Source: Deltaproteobacteria bacterium (lineage in GTDB: Bacteria > Myxococcota_A > Polyangia > GCA-2747355). Taken from it: 56,254 nt of DNA. The notes under the pieces were generated by a model. It had not been told where the DNA came from and did no database searches. It saw nothing but the letters and a program-made list of their open reading frames with translations. The position numbers and the translations under genes were made by a program. This document shows, one piece after another, positions 18,087 through 26,533 of this stretch (within the stretch, counting starts at the first letter, position 1; each line of letters begins with the position of its first letter). Location: the NCBI GenBank assembly GCA_019314525.1, contig JAFCZD010000002.1, positions 1-56,254 on the forward strand, given 5' to 3'.

Positions 18087-19495
18087 AGCGCACCTCCCGG
18101 GAGATAAGCGAAAGAGGGGCTCGCGCTGCGGCTGACGCGCACAGGGCCTCCCGTCGGGTTGCTATCGATATCCCAGCTCAGGCGCACCATGAAGGTGCCC
18201 ATTTGTGCGAGCAGGGGAGTGACACCTGCTTGGCCACCCGCCATCAACGTCAAGTTGTCGCGGATGGCGTAGCCAAGATACGCTGCACCGGTGAAGGAGA
18301 GGCGTGAGTCATCAGCGATGACATAGCTCGCCACCTCATCACGCGCGTCGAGGTAAAAAAGGTCGACGTCAACGGTGGCAGAGAGCCCTCGGACGAGGCG
18401 TGCGGAGCCACCCACGCGACCACGGATGTAGCCACCGTCTGGGGCGCCCACGCGCTCCACCAATGCTGAGACCCGATAGCGGCGCTCGAGGCCAAAGCGG
18501 GCGTCGGCGCGCAGCAGGCCACGAAGCTCGAGTTGTCCATCGTCACAGCTCTGCCCACCATACTCCTTGAGGTTGCAGGTCTCACCATAGTAGCGACCAC
18601 CAGCCTCGGCTGAGAGAGAGAGCCAACGTTTGGGTGACCAATAGCTCTCCAAGAAGGCTTCCTGGTGCTTGATGTCGGAGAAGATAGAAAAGATTGAGGT
18701 TCGTGGAATGAAAAGGTCCGGCTCGGAAAAGCGGTAGCCAGCCATGAGGGAGAGGTTCCGTCGCAGGTCAAAACGCACACCTCCGCGAGCCTCCTTAAGA
18801 CGCTCAGCGATCATGCTGAAGGTTCCGTCAGAAAAGATCGTCAACTTTGAGTTGGGGTGTACAGCCGCATCCCAGCCCAACTCCTGAAAGGCTGTATGGG
18901 CGTCATAGGCTTTGTGGCGGAAGGAGACCCCAGCGCCAACAAACTCTTTGAAGCGGTAGCCCACACGGCCACCCACGACCCAGTTGCCCCCATATTTGTA
19001 GTCGTTGGCGTTGGTCGGCCAGCTCTGGCGAAGAAAACGAATCCCGGTGGGTACCCCTCCAAAAGCTGTGACGTCGAGGCCAAAGGGCGACCGGTAGTGA
19101 ACGTAACCTCCGTCTAGCTGCTCATAGACCGAGGGGCCAGCAGAGACGAATTGTCGGCCAACTCGCAGCTGCAAACCGCGAAACATGCCCTTTTCATGGG
19201 CGCGATAGGAGAGCAGAAAGACGTTCACGTCGCCGTTGGCGCGCTGCTCATCGAGGGGGACGTCGTTGAGGTGTACCTGTCCCCAAAGAGAAGCGACGAG
19301 GGAGAGGCCTTGGACGCCAAGGTCATCCGCGCGCAAGCCAATGAGCTCATAAAAGGGGACATGGTGTGAGGTGTCGTTCGCCCCTGGCAAGACATAGCCG
19401 CGCACATGGGTGCTGGTGTTCAGGCGAAAGTTGGTTGCCCAAGCCGTGGAGCTAGTGCTGGCGAAAAGGAGGAGGGTCACCATCAGCGCTCTCAT
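18083..19495 (-). CDS. Predicted outer-membrane beta-barrel (porin-like) protein
   Basis: Cleavable signal MRALMVTLLLFASTSSTAWA. No Cys or haem motifs. Alternating hydrophobic/polar strands with aromatic girdles run throughout (YRFSEPDLF, FLESYWSP, LSLSAEAGGRYY, ATVDVDLFYL, FTGAAYLGYAI, FMVRLSWD). Embedded between two cytochrome genes, with 1-nt and 4-nt start/stop overlaps. Confidence 0.65.
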   Translation of the reverse strand: MRALMVTLLLFASTSSTAWATNFRLNTSTHVRGYVLPGANDTSHHVPFYELIGLRADDLGVQGLSLVASLWGQVHLNDVPLDEQRANGDVNVFLLSYRAHEKGMFRGLQLRVGRQFVSAGPSVYEQLDGGYVHYRSPFGLDVTAFGGVPTGIRFLRQSWPTNANDYKYGGNWVVGGRVGYRFKEFVGAGVSFRHKAYDAHTAFQELGWDAAVHPNSKLTIFSDGTFSMIAERLKEARGGVRFDLRRNLSLMAGYRFSEPDLFIPRTSIFSIFSDIKHQEAFLESYWSPKRWLSLSAEAGGRYYGETCNLKEYGGQSCDDGQLELRGLLRADARFGLERRYRVSALVERVGAPDGGYIRGRVGGSARLVRGLSATVDVDLFYLDARDEVASYVIADDSRLSFTGAAYLGYAIRDNLTLMAGGQAGVTPLLAQMGTFMVRLSWDIDSNPTGGPVRVSRSASPSFAYLPGGAL

Positions 19496-20601
19496 CAGAA
19501 CACCTCCACTTTGCCGTTGATGTGGGTCATGGGATCGAGTTGTCCATCCTTGTAGCCCTTGATGTGGCAGTTCTCACAGATGGGCTCATTGGGATGAGCT
19601 TTGTTCGTGAGGGTCTTCGCCGGAGGGTTGCCGTGGCAGCTACCGCAAACAAGGCCACCCTCGATCTTCGCCGTCCATGTCCAGGTGATGTCTGGGTTGG
19701 CACCATCGAGGGCGTGGCAGTAGACGTTGGAGCAGGTGTGTGTGGCGGCATCATAGCTTGGTAGTAGATCGACATCTGGGGAGAGGGTCTTGCCGCGGGC
19801 CATGTTGCCGAAGGTCAGTTCGGCGCGCAGGTCGCTCTGGCGCTGCTCGTCGTCAAAGAGGTGGCCTGGAGCGTAAAAGGCAGGGCTTGGAAGGGTGTGA
19901 CATTCACGACAGGCCACAGGTTGGCCGAGCGTGGCGTTGAGGTGAATGGCATGGAGGCCAACGCTGGCCGAGGAGAAGCTGCCCATCAGATCCGAGGGGG
20001 GATTGGCAGCTTCCTTATTGCCATCGCCATGACAGGTGCTGCAGCCCGTGGGACCCTCGGTGTGGCAGGTCATGCAGCTCCCGGCGTTGCCGCGGCCCGC
20101 GAAGTCCTCGCCGTGACACACTTGGCATTGACGCATATCCCAGGCGCTGGCTCGCAACCAGCCACCGTGGAAATTATTGGCGCCACGGTCATGGGGCAGC
20201 ATCCATCCAGCTGGGTGAACATGATCGGCGCTCGCGCTGAAATAGGCCATGCGTTCTTCAACGACCCAGCGCGTCAAGAGGTCACCGTCGTTTGTGTCCA
20301 GCAACGACGCATGGGTCTCGTCGCCAAGCACTGCGATCAGCTTGCTTTGGACATCCCCAGGGATCGCGTTAGGCACGTCGTCCGAGCCCCGACGGGCAAC
20401 CCCACGCCAGTTGGAGAGATCGTAGCTCCCTTCCATGGTGGTCGCGCTATGGCAGGTGACACACGTTCGTTCCAGCAATGGAGCGACGTCATCCACATAG
20501 CTCAGGGCGGGAATCCGGATTAGGTCTTGGTCCTTGCTGCGCACCTCGCCACAGCTGATGGCGGTGATGGCTAACAAGAGCCAGGGGAGTCGACGCTTCA
20601 T
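19495..20601 (-). CDS. Lipoprotein multihaem cytochrome c (7 CxxCH and 1 CxxxxCH) with a Geobacter-type CxxxxCH...CxxCH domain
   Basis: Lipobox LLLAITAISC. Motifs CVTCH, CQVCH, CMTCH, CSTCH, CRECH, CSNVYCH, CGSCHGNPP, CENCH. The pair CSNVYCH...W.W...CGSCHGNPP matches the pattern I recall for the Geobacter CxxxxCH/CxxCH domain. GAGAGGGA Shine-Dalgarno lies 6 nt before the ATG. Confidence 0.8.
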   Translation of the reverse strand: MKRRLPWLLLAITAISCGEVRSKDQDLIRIPALSYVDDVAPLLERTCVTCHSATTMEGSYDLSNWRGVARRGSDDVPNAIPGDVQSKLIAVLGDETHASLLDTNDGDLLTRWVVEERMAYFSASADHVHPAGWMLPHDRGANNFHGGWLRASAWDMRQCQVCHGEDFAGRGNAGSCMTCHTEGPTGCSTCHGDGNKEAANPPSDLMGSFSSASVGLHAIHLNATLGQPVACRECHTLPSPAFYAPGHLFDDEQRQSDLRAELTFGNMARGKTLSPDVDLLPSYDAATHTCSNVYCHALDGANPDITWTWTAKIEGGLVCGSCHGNPPAKTLTNKAHPNEPICENCHIKGYKDGQLDPMTHINGKVEVF

Positions 20602-20826
20602 GACGCATCCCTCTCAAAGTTTACACGAAGGGCAGCAACCCTAAGCAGCGGCACTTTACACTATTGGCAAGGAGGCCGTACCAAGAACTTTGCGCCAAAG
20701 TTGTCTTTTATGGCGGGTTTGCGTCCTCGATTTCACCTTTTTTAATTCCAGGAAAACCATAGATGACGCGGTGCGTAGTCGCGAGCCGATACCTCAAGCG
20801 AGGTGTTTGGGCGGACAAAGTGTCAA

Positions 20827-20906
20827 GAGGATCAGTCGACGAGGATCAGTCGACGAGGATCAGTCGACGAGGATCAGTCGACGAGGATCAGTCGAGGATC
20901 AGGATC
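20827..20906. repeat. 14-bp tandem repeat gaggatcagtcgac, 4 perfect copies plus 2-3 truncated copies
   Basis: Perfect units at 20827, 20841, 20855 and 20869, then gaggatcagtc, gaggatcag and gatc. Each unit contains GATC and the palindrome GTCGAC. It overlaps the last 6 codons and the stop of the zinc-ribbon gene. It lies about 225-300 nt upstream of the cytochrome operon ATG. Confidence 0.95.
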
Positions 20907-21526
20907 TCTTCCACATCGAGATCATCAGCAATGACGACCTTGGGTGGCGTGGAGGTGGGGCGCTGAGGTCCGGTCAGCTCTTGTGGAGCCATGCTTCTCT
21001 GCGTACCACCTTTTTCGTTCTCTAGGGCGATGCGGGTCGCCTCTTCTCGCATGGCTTCGTCATGTCCATGCTTGTCCATAATTTCCACGACGAGATCAGA
21101 GGCATCGAGGTAATCCGAGGCAGCCTGTTCAGTCTGCATTCCTTCCGCTCGACGCTCATCCGCGCGCCGGTCCGAGGGAAAGAGGCGGTTGTCCCTGCGT
21201 CCTATTCGTCGCTCTTGCCAGCGGCGGTCGCGTGAGAGGACCTCACGGATCGCCTCGATGGTGTGTGGGATCGGTTGCATGCGGAACGTCCGGGTGGCGC
21301 AGTTGTGACACATGGGCAGCCATTTGCGCTGGAATTCTACCGAACGCAGGTTCTCATGCCGCCGCTCGCCGCAGACCACACACGCCGCCCCCAGGCCTAC
21401 CGGTCGCGCTTCAGTCCAACGGAGGTAACAGATCTGGCAGCGTCCACGTCGTAACGCGGATACGCGGGTGCCACAAGCTTCGCAGGTGAGCAACATCTCT
21501 TTGGGAAGGGTAGGGCTGGCGGACAT
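20888..21526 (-). CDS. Hypothetical Cys-rich (zinc-ribbon-like) protein with acidic C-terminus
   Basis: CEACG...CQIC...CVVCG...CHNC paired cysteines. ATG 21526 follows GAGGAG. The track's longer N-terminus lacks any support. Confidence 0.55.
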   Translation of the reverse strand: MSASPTLPKEMLLTCEACGTRVSALRRGRCQICYLRWTEARPVGLGAACVVCGERRHENLRSVEFQRKWLPMCHNCATRTFRMQPIPHTIEAIREVLSRDRRWQERRIGRRDNRLFPSDRRADERRAEGMQTEQAASDYLDASDLVVEIMDKHGHDEAMREEATRIALENEKGGTQRSMAPQELTGPQRPTSTPPKVVIADDLDVEEILILD

Positions 21527-21727
21527 GGAACTCCTCGGGGTTCGGGCCTCATTCCATCTAAGGGGCGCTGTGGGCGCAGGGCAAATTTTTCGCTCCCATG
21601 ATTCTCTTCTGTTGTTTTTTTTGTGGGAACGAAGACAAATTTTTTTGCCCGCGATCTTCGCTGCCCTTAGGGTGGTGTCACGTCGCATCACATCACGTCA
21701 CGTCGAGTTGGGGAGGCTAGGGGAAAA

Positions 21728-22414
21728 ATGAGCATTTCGGTGTTGGAACGATTTGCAGTGTTGTTGGCGGTGGTAGCAATATTATTCGGTAGCACATGTC
21801 CTGTGACCATGGGTGAGCCCGTGGAATCCACCGAGATCGGCGCAGAGGTTCTGGATGTTGGTGGCGTCCAAGGCGCCAGCTGGAAGGTCAGCGCCGATCG
21901 CACCCTTACTGTTCGCCTTCACGCTGATGGTGAGGAGGCCTCGGCCACCGTTGAAGCCGAATCGGGCTATGTGACGCTCTTGGGACGCACCATCGCCATC
22001 GCTGATTTCTGCTGGCGAACGGACACGATTTGTCCCCATCAGGTCCTCCTCGACGCCACCATCACGAAGCAGCCTTTCGGCGACGGACGGACGTTGGTTA
22101 GCTTCAACCGGCGGGGACCTCTGGCTGAACTCTTCGATCGTGAAGCTCTTGAGGGGCACCTCGTGGGCAATGATCTTGCCGTGCCTCTCGCTGTGGGAGG
22201 TGCTGGGCAGGGCACGTGTGGTTTGCTTGCTTCGTCAGGGGTGCTTGCCACGGCTCGCGCGACCATGGCGGGAGAAGGCACCATGGCTGACAGCCTCGAG
22301 GGCCGGGTCACTGTGGCCTTCACAGGCCTCTGCTTTAGCTTGGGTGGCCAAGGTGATCTACTGCCCGGAGATACCCTAATGATTAGCGCGGCTTTCGTGG
22401 CCGATCGGCTTTAG
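21728..22414 (+). CDS. Secreted hypothetical protein
   Basis: GGGAGG Shine-Dalgarno. N-terminal hydrophobic signal FAVLLAVVAILFGSTC. Followed by a strong terminator. No family recognised. Confidence 0.55.
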   Translation: MSISVLERFAVLLAVVAILFGSTCPVTMGEPVESTEIGAEVLDVGGVQGASWKVSADRTLTVRLHADGEEASATVEAESGYVTLLGRTIAIADFCWRTDTICPHQVLLDATITKQPFGDGRTLVSFNRRGPLAELFDREALEGHLVGNDLAVPLAVGGAGQGTCGLLASSGVLATARATMAGEGTMADSLEGRVTVAFTGLCFSLGGQGDLLPGDTLMISAAFVADRL

Positions 22415-22421
22415 CCCCAAC

Positions 22422-22459
22422 AAAAAAAGAGCCAACGTCTCTCGACGTCAGCTCTTTTT
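22422..22459. terminator. Bidirectional rho-independent terminator between the CDS at 21728-22414 and tRNA-Lys
   Basis: A7 tract, hairpin agagc-ca-acgtc / tctc / gacgt-ca-gctct, then T5. It reads as a stem plus U-run on both strands. Confidence 0.75.
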
Positions 22460-22460
22460 G

Positions 22461-22533
22461 TGATCCCGGAAGGAATCGAACCTTCAACAAATGGATTAAG
22501 AATCCACTGCTCTGCCTATTGAGCTACGGGACC
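22461..22533 (-). tRNA. tRNA-Lys (anticodon CUU)
   Basis: The reverse complement GGTCCCGTAGCTCAATAGGCAGAGCAGTGGATTCTTAATCCATTTGTTGAAGGTTCGATTCCTTCCGGGATCA folds as a cloverleaf. Acceptor GGTCCCG/CGGGATC, D stem GCTC/GAGC, anticodon loop TTCTTAA, T arm GAAGG-TTCGATT-CCTTC. CCA is not encoded. Confidence 0.95.
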
Positions 22534-22634
22534 AAAATACCTCAACAACCATGCGCTATTAGCGTTTCACATCAACAGTGTCAAGCCCCTGAGGTCCAAG
22601 CTCTAATCTGAGCGCTGATTTGGCCACCCAGGGT

Positions 22635-23393
22635 TTATCGCCCCTTTGTGATGCGCTGCATCAAGATCCGCTTCACTGCAGCCCGTACCTTGCCAGTCTT
22701 TGTCAGCCGTCGCATCTCGTCGATGGGAAGATGAGGGATCACCTTCTGTACCACTGGGAGGGGAAGCTTGGGGTGGCACACGAGACTTCGGGCGATCTGG
22801 GTGTGGCGTACCCAGTCAGGGCTGGTGGCGATCTGACGCAGAAGGGTGGGGGCGAGGTTCATCATCTGCGCCATGGTGGCGACCTCATCAGCGCCGATCT
22901 TTGGGTTTTTCAACAAGAACGGGTGGAGGGTTTTGTCCTGAGAGCGCAACACCAAGACACGAGAGGATCGGTCGCCGTGGCGGGCGAGGCGGATGCGTTG
23001 GGCTTGGGTCAGCTGGGACCACTCGGCCTGGAGACGCTCAATGCCCCAGGAGAGCACGCTGGAGCCAGCGGGTGGGCCGCCAGCGCTGGAGCGGTGGCGC
23101 TTGATCTCGGGTGGAACGCTGGGCGAGTTTGGTGTCGCCCCTTTCAAGAGGGCCTCGACCTCAGGGGGATTGATCAAGCGCACCACCAACCCCAACCCTG
23201 GCAGGGCTTGGAGCACCTCGGCTTCCACTGTCACTCGGCCCTCGGGGCAGGTGACCTGTAGAGCGAGGGTGGGCAGCTTGGCAAGCGCCTCAGTCTCGTC
23301 CGTGGCCAAGAGCAGCACCCCAGGTTGCTCATTGAGGTGCCCTGCGAGGTCTTCCCGAGAGGCATAGCTTAGTTGAAGGGTTGGTTCGGTCAT
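22635..23393 (-). CDS. Hypothetical protein (possible PilZ-like N-terminal beta-barrel, helical-repeat C-terminus)
   Basis: Long ORF with matching codon bias. The N-terminus LLLATDE...LALQVTCPEGRVTVEAEVLQALPGLGLVVRL is weakly PilZ-like. The assignment is tentative. Confidence 0.5.
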   Translation of the reverse strand: MTEPTLQLSYASREDLAGHLNEQPGVLLLATDETEALAKLPTLALQVTCPEGRVTVEAEVLQALPGLGLVVRLINPPEVEALLKGATPNSPSVPPEIKRHRSSAGGPPAGSSVLSWGIERLQAEWSQLTQAQRIRLARHGDRSSRVLVLRSQDKTLHPFLLKNPKIGADEVATMAQMMNLAPTLLRQIATSPDWVRHTQIARSLVCHPKLPLPVVQKVIPHLPIDEMRRLTKTGKVRAAVKRILMQRITKGR

Positions 23394-23404
23394 TCCTGGG
23401 TCCG

Positions 23405-24595
23405 TTAAGTCGATGGGTTGTGCTCATGAGCCCACAGTCGGGCTGGGTCACGAGCCTCTACCCGCGTCTCATCTGTAATGAGTAGCCGCTCTTGATGGGC
23501 GTCACTACCCCCAAGGTCAAGCAGCTCTCCTCGGCGGGATGTGAAGAAGCTCTCGTTCCCGGCCCGCCGATGGCGCTCCAGGCCGCGAGCCCGGTGTAGC
23601 CCCAAAGGACCACAGATCCAACGCTCCGCGCGGCCCTTGAGCCGTCCGGGCGATCCCACCACGCGCCAGGGCATTGTATAGTGGCGCTTCAGCATCGGAC
23701 CCTCTGCTCGCTGCAACGCCAGGAATGAGAACTTGATGTCGCGCCGGCGGAGTCCACAGGCAGCGGCGATCTGGCGCATGCGCGGCGGCGGCATGGGCCA
23801 GATGCGGGATTCATGGCACCAATGGTCTTCGTGGGCCACGAGTGGGCAGGGCCCCCCGTGGGTGCAGGGTAAGAGCACATGACAGGTGCCCGCAACGATG
23901 AGCTCGTTGCGCAGGCCATGGAGTGCGCGTGTGCACTCCTTCAGGGCAGGTTCGGTGATCAGCAACACTCCCTGGGGCGTGAGTTGACGCAGGAGCTGCC
24001 GGACCAACGCCGCGCTTTCGCGGGGGGGCAGCTCATTGAGCACGGTGCCGGCGAGGACCAAGTCGTAGGGGGCCTTATGCGCCAACGCCCGTTTTGTGGC
24101 GCCACGTCGGTCGAGAGCGATGCGAGAGACCTCGAGCTTCGTCGCTGGGAGCGTCGATCGTTCTTCCTTTTGGGCGAGGTCGAGGGCCTCGGTCATGAGC
24201 GCCAAGGCTTCGTGGTCACGGTCGAGAGCGTAGAGCTCAACGCTTTTGAGGGCGTTGTGGTGTTGTTGGAGCCAGATGAGCGTGCCAAAGCTCATGGCGC
24301 CACAACCTGCGCCTACGTCCAGTATGCGCGGGCGTGGGGGAAGCACAAGCTGATAGCGGCTCATGAGCTCTTCAAGGGCGATCACCGGCTTCGGCACATC
24401 TGCGAGGGTGAAAAAAAGCGCACGGGCCAAGAGTGACGTGGGCCCCGAGAGCTTTTTGTCGTCGTCGTGCTGGCGTGTGTAGCGGGCTGACTGAGCCTTG
24501 ATCGCGCGGACCAGGTCCCTCTGACAACGTACACCAGCTCCAAAGCGCCGCTCAGCCGCTGCCCAGAGCGCCTCCTCTAAGGGCTCAAGATCCAA
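23405..24595 (-). CDS. Rsm22-like class I SAM-dependent methyltransferase
   Basis: SAM motif I ILDVGAGCGAMS. C-terminal Cys/His cluster CTHGGPCPL...HWCHE, as in the Rsm22 family. TTG start lies 4 nt after GAGGAG. Confidence 0.65.
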   Translation of the reverse strand: MDLEPLEEALWAAAERRFGAGVRCQRDLVRAIKAQSARYTRQHDDDKKLSGPTSLLARALFFTLADVPKPVIALEELMSRYQLVLPPRPRILDVGAGCGAMSFGTLIWLQQHHNALKSVELYALDRDHEALALMTEALDLAQKEERSTLPATKLEVSRIALDRRGATKRALAHKAPYDLVLAGTVLNELPPRESAALVRQLLRQLTPQGVLLITEPALKECTRALHGLRNELIVAGTCHVLLPCTHGGPCPLVAHEDHWCHESRIWPMPPPRMRQIAAACGLRRRDIKFSFLALQRAEGPMLKRHYTMPWRVVGSPGRLKGRAERWICGPLGLHRARGLERHRRAGNESFFTSRRGELLDLGGSDAHQERLLITDETRVEARDPARLWAHEHNPST

Positions 24596-24631
24596 AGCAT
24601 CTCCTCTAAGGGGTCAGGGGTCGAGGTCACC

Positions 24632-24659
24632 ATTGTGGCGTAAGTTGCGAACTGTCTAG
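24632..24659 (+). repeat. Possible short R2-family fragment
   Basis: attgtggcgtaagttgcgaactgtctag resembles the R2 5' end (ggcgtaagtcgYgaacc) joined to the terminal tctag. It overlaps the TAG stop of the DUF3467-like gene. Confidence 0.3.
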
Positions 24660-24943
24660 TTGGTGCTGGGATCCGGGGGCGGTTCGTTCATGTTGCTATC
24701 AATGGCGCCATGTTGCTTTTCGAAGGCAGCGAGGTTGTCGCCGAGGGCTGTGTAGAGCCGCTTGGCGTGGCCTGGAGTGAGGAAGTAGCGTCCGAGCAGG
24801 CAGACTTCACCTTGTGGCGTGGCCGCATGGAGGTCGAGGGCAAAGAACTCGCGGGTATGCCCAATATTGATCATCGTCGCAAAGCGCCCAGGCGCGAGGT
24901 TGAGGGGGTCGGTGAAACGCGGTGGGCTTTTTGGGGGCGTCAT
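24656..24943 (-). CDS. Small DUF3467-like protein
   Basis: 95 aa. FATMINIGHTREFFALDL...LGRYFLTPGHAKRLYTAL resembles the DUF3467 pattern recalled from memory. Confidence 0.55.
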   Translation of the reverse strand: MTPPKSPPRFTDPLNLAPGRFATMINIGHTREFFALDLHAATPQGEVCLLGRYFLTPGHAKRLYTALGDNLAAFEKQHGAIDSNMNEPPPDPSTN

Positions 24944-24992
24944 TGTTGGTAGCTCCTTGAAGCTTCTTCGTTGGTCCTCGTATACTAGGGGG

Positions 24993-25703
24993 GTGACGAG
25001 ACACTCTCAAGGGTACCCTCATGATGAAGACGACGATCTCGACGTTGAGACGTTGATTCCTAGCCGTGGCCTCGTTTCTCGCAGTTTCGCGGTGGCGCTC
25101 CTGGTGGGCGCTTTCGCGACAACTGGGCTCTTCTTCGCGCTGCGCGCCCCTCAGGAGCAGTCCGTTCCAGTGCTCGTGGGGGTCTCGCTGGCCAAAGCGC
25201 GTACTCTCCTCATGTCCAATGGGTTGGCACTCATCGCGGCTGGCAGCAAGCCAGATTCTCTCGTGGTCGCGGGATCGATTTCTCTTCAAGACCCCGTGGC
25301 TGGCCGCCGCCTCCCCACAGGAGGCGCGGTGATCGTGCTTCTTTCGGCCGGGGTTGAGACAGCGTCATCCACGCGCTCTCTTCCAGCACCACCTGCCGTG
25401 GCTCTTCCTGCCGCTCGGGGCAACCCCCCGCGGGCTCCTGTTCTGACGCCTGCACCGACGAAGCCGCCCGTCGCACCAGCGGTAGCCACCGGGCCTACGG
25501 TGAAGGTTCCCAAGGTGAGGGGCATACGTCTTAGATACGCCGTGTCACGACTGCGAGGGGCCGGGCTTGTCCTTGGCAACGTTTCTTATCGTACCGATGA
25601 GGACCATATGCCGGGCTTCGTGCTCAAGCAGAACCCTGCTGCAGGAACGTCTTTGAATCGCGGAAGCAAAGTGGAGTTGGTCGTCAACCGCGCCGAGGAC
25701 TGA
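24993..25703 (+). CDS. Membrane-anchored protein with two PASTA domains
   Basis: TM helix FAVALLVGAFATTGLFFAL. Two PASTA-like modules (VPVLVGVSLAKARTLL...LQDPVAG...VIVLLSAG and VKVPKVRGIRLRYAVSRL...LKQNPAAGTSLNRGSKVELVVN) are separated by a Pro/Ala linker. The start is uncertain (GTG 24993 or TTG 24957). The track start overlaps the opposite-strand gene. Confidence 0.65.
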   Translation: MTRHSQGYPHDEDDDLDVETLIPSRGLVSRSFAVALLVGAFATTGLFFALRAPQEQSVPVLVGVSLAKARTLLMSNGLALIAAGSKPDSLVVAGSISLQDPVAGRRLPTGGAVIVLLSAGVETASSTRSLPAPPAVALPAARGNPPRAPVLTPAPTKPPVAPAVATGPTVKVPKVRGIRLRYAVSRLRGAGLVLGNVSYRTDEDHMPGFVLKQNPAAGTSLNRGSKVELVVNRAED

Positions 25704-25727
25704 GGGTTTTACAGTGGTCACTCAGCC

Positions 25728-26426
25728 TCAAAGCAAGCCCTGATCGGCAAAAGATAGGTAATCACTGCCGGCCACAATCAGGTGATCGAGCAGCGGGATT
25801 CCCACCAGGTCGCAGGCTGCTTTGAGGCGGTTGGTGAGGCTACGGTCGTCGGCGCTCGGGAGCACGTCACCGCTCGGGTGGTTATGGGCTACCACCGTTG
25901 CCACCGCGCCGTGCCGGATGAGTGGCCCCAAGACCTCCCGGGGATGAACCTCTACCGATGTGGCGCTTCCGCGGGCCACAGGCCAGATACGGAGTGGCCG
26001 ATGCCGTGCGTCGAGCGCCAACACCAAGAAGCGCTCTTGCCTCAGGTCGAGAAGCTGAGGGGCCAAGTGGGCATAAACCTCAGCGCTGCAACCCAAGGGG
26101 GATCCATCGATGCCCCGTCGCGCAGGCAAGCGACGCCCCAACTCGAGGGCTGCCACCAGCGCACACGCCCGTGCTGGGCCGACACCTGGCACTTCTAGCA
26201 GTTCACCTGCCTCGCAACGGGCCAAAGCAGCCAAACCACCGAAACGAGTGAGCAACTGGTGGCAAAGGCTGAGAAGATTGCCCCGCCCAGCCGTGGACAC
26301 GCGTAGGACGAGGGCTAAAAGCTCCCCGTCAGAGAGCACGCCCGCTCCGCCCTCCAGGAGACGCTCCCGAGGTCGCTCCCGTTGCGGCCAATCAGCAAGC
26401 CGAATGGATAAAGAAGACCTCTGCAT
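25728..26426 (-). CDS. radC: RadC-family JAB/MPN domain protein
   Basis: N-terminal HhH region (ELLALVL, ELLEVPGVGPARA) and the JAMM motif HNHPSGD. Confidence 0.9.
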   Translation of the reverse strand: MQRSSLSIRLADWPQRERPRERLLEGGAGVLSDGELLALVLRVSTAGRGNLLSLCHQLLTRFGGLAALARCEAGELLEVPGVGPARACALVAALELGRRLPARRGIDGSPLGCSAEVYAHLAPQLLDLRQERFLVLALDARHRPLRIWPVARGSATSVEVHPREVLGPLIRHGAVATVVAHNHPSGDVLPSADDRSLTNRLKAACDLVGIPLLDHLIVAGSDYLSFADQGLL

Positions 26427-26533
26427 GCGGCAGCTTCAATGCAAGGCCTGTGCCGCCACTAACTCAGCGTGGAAACTCGCCCCCAAAGGGCGTGGGGGCC
26501 GGAAAAGGGTCCGGAAGACCGGCAGGCCGGAAA

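Noticed and set aside
20602-20700. Sigma-54-type promoter upstream of the cytochrome operon (tggtacggcctccttgcc on the minus strand)
   Set aside because: The GG and GC elements are 12 nt apart, not the required 10, and the flanks do not match TGGCAC-N5-TTGCW. No promoter is called.
21676-21706. Clustered tcacgtc motifs (gtcacgtcgcatcacatcacgtcacgtcgag) upstream of the CDS at 21728
   Set aside because: Short and imperfect. It could be an operator, but I cannot support this beyond chance in a 200-nt divergent intergenic region.
22415-22634. tRNA-Lys as an integration hotspot or genomic-island boundary
   Set aside because: No integrase, no direct repeat of the tRNA 3' end, and no change in composition or gene type on either side that I can see.
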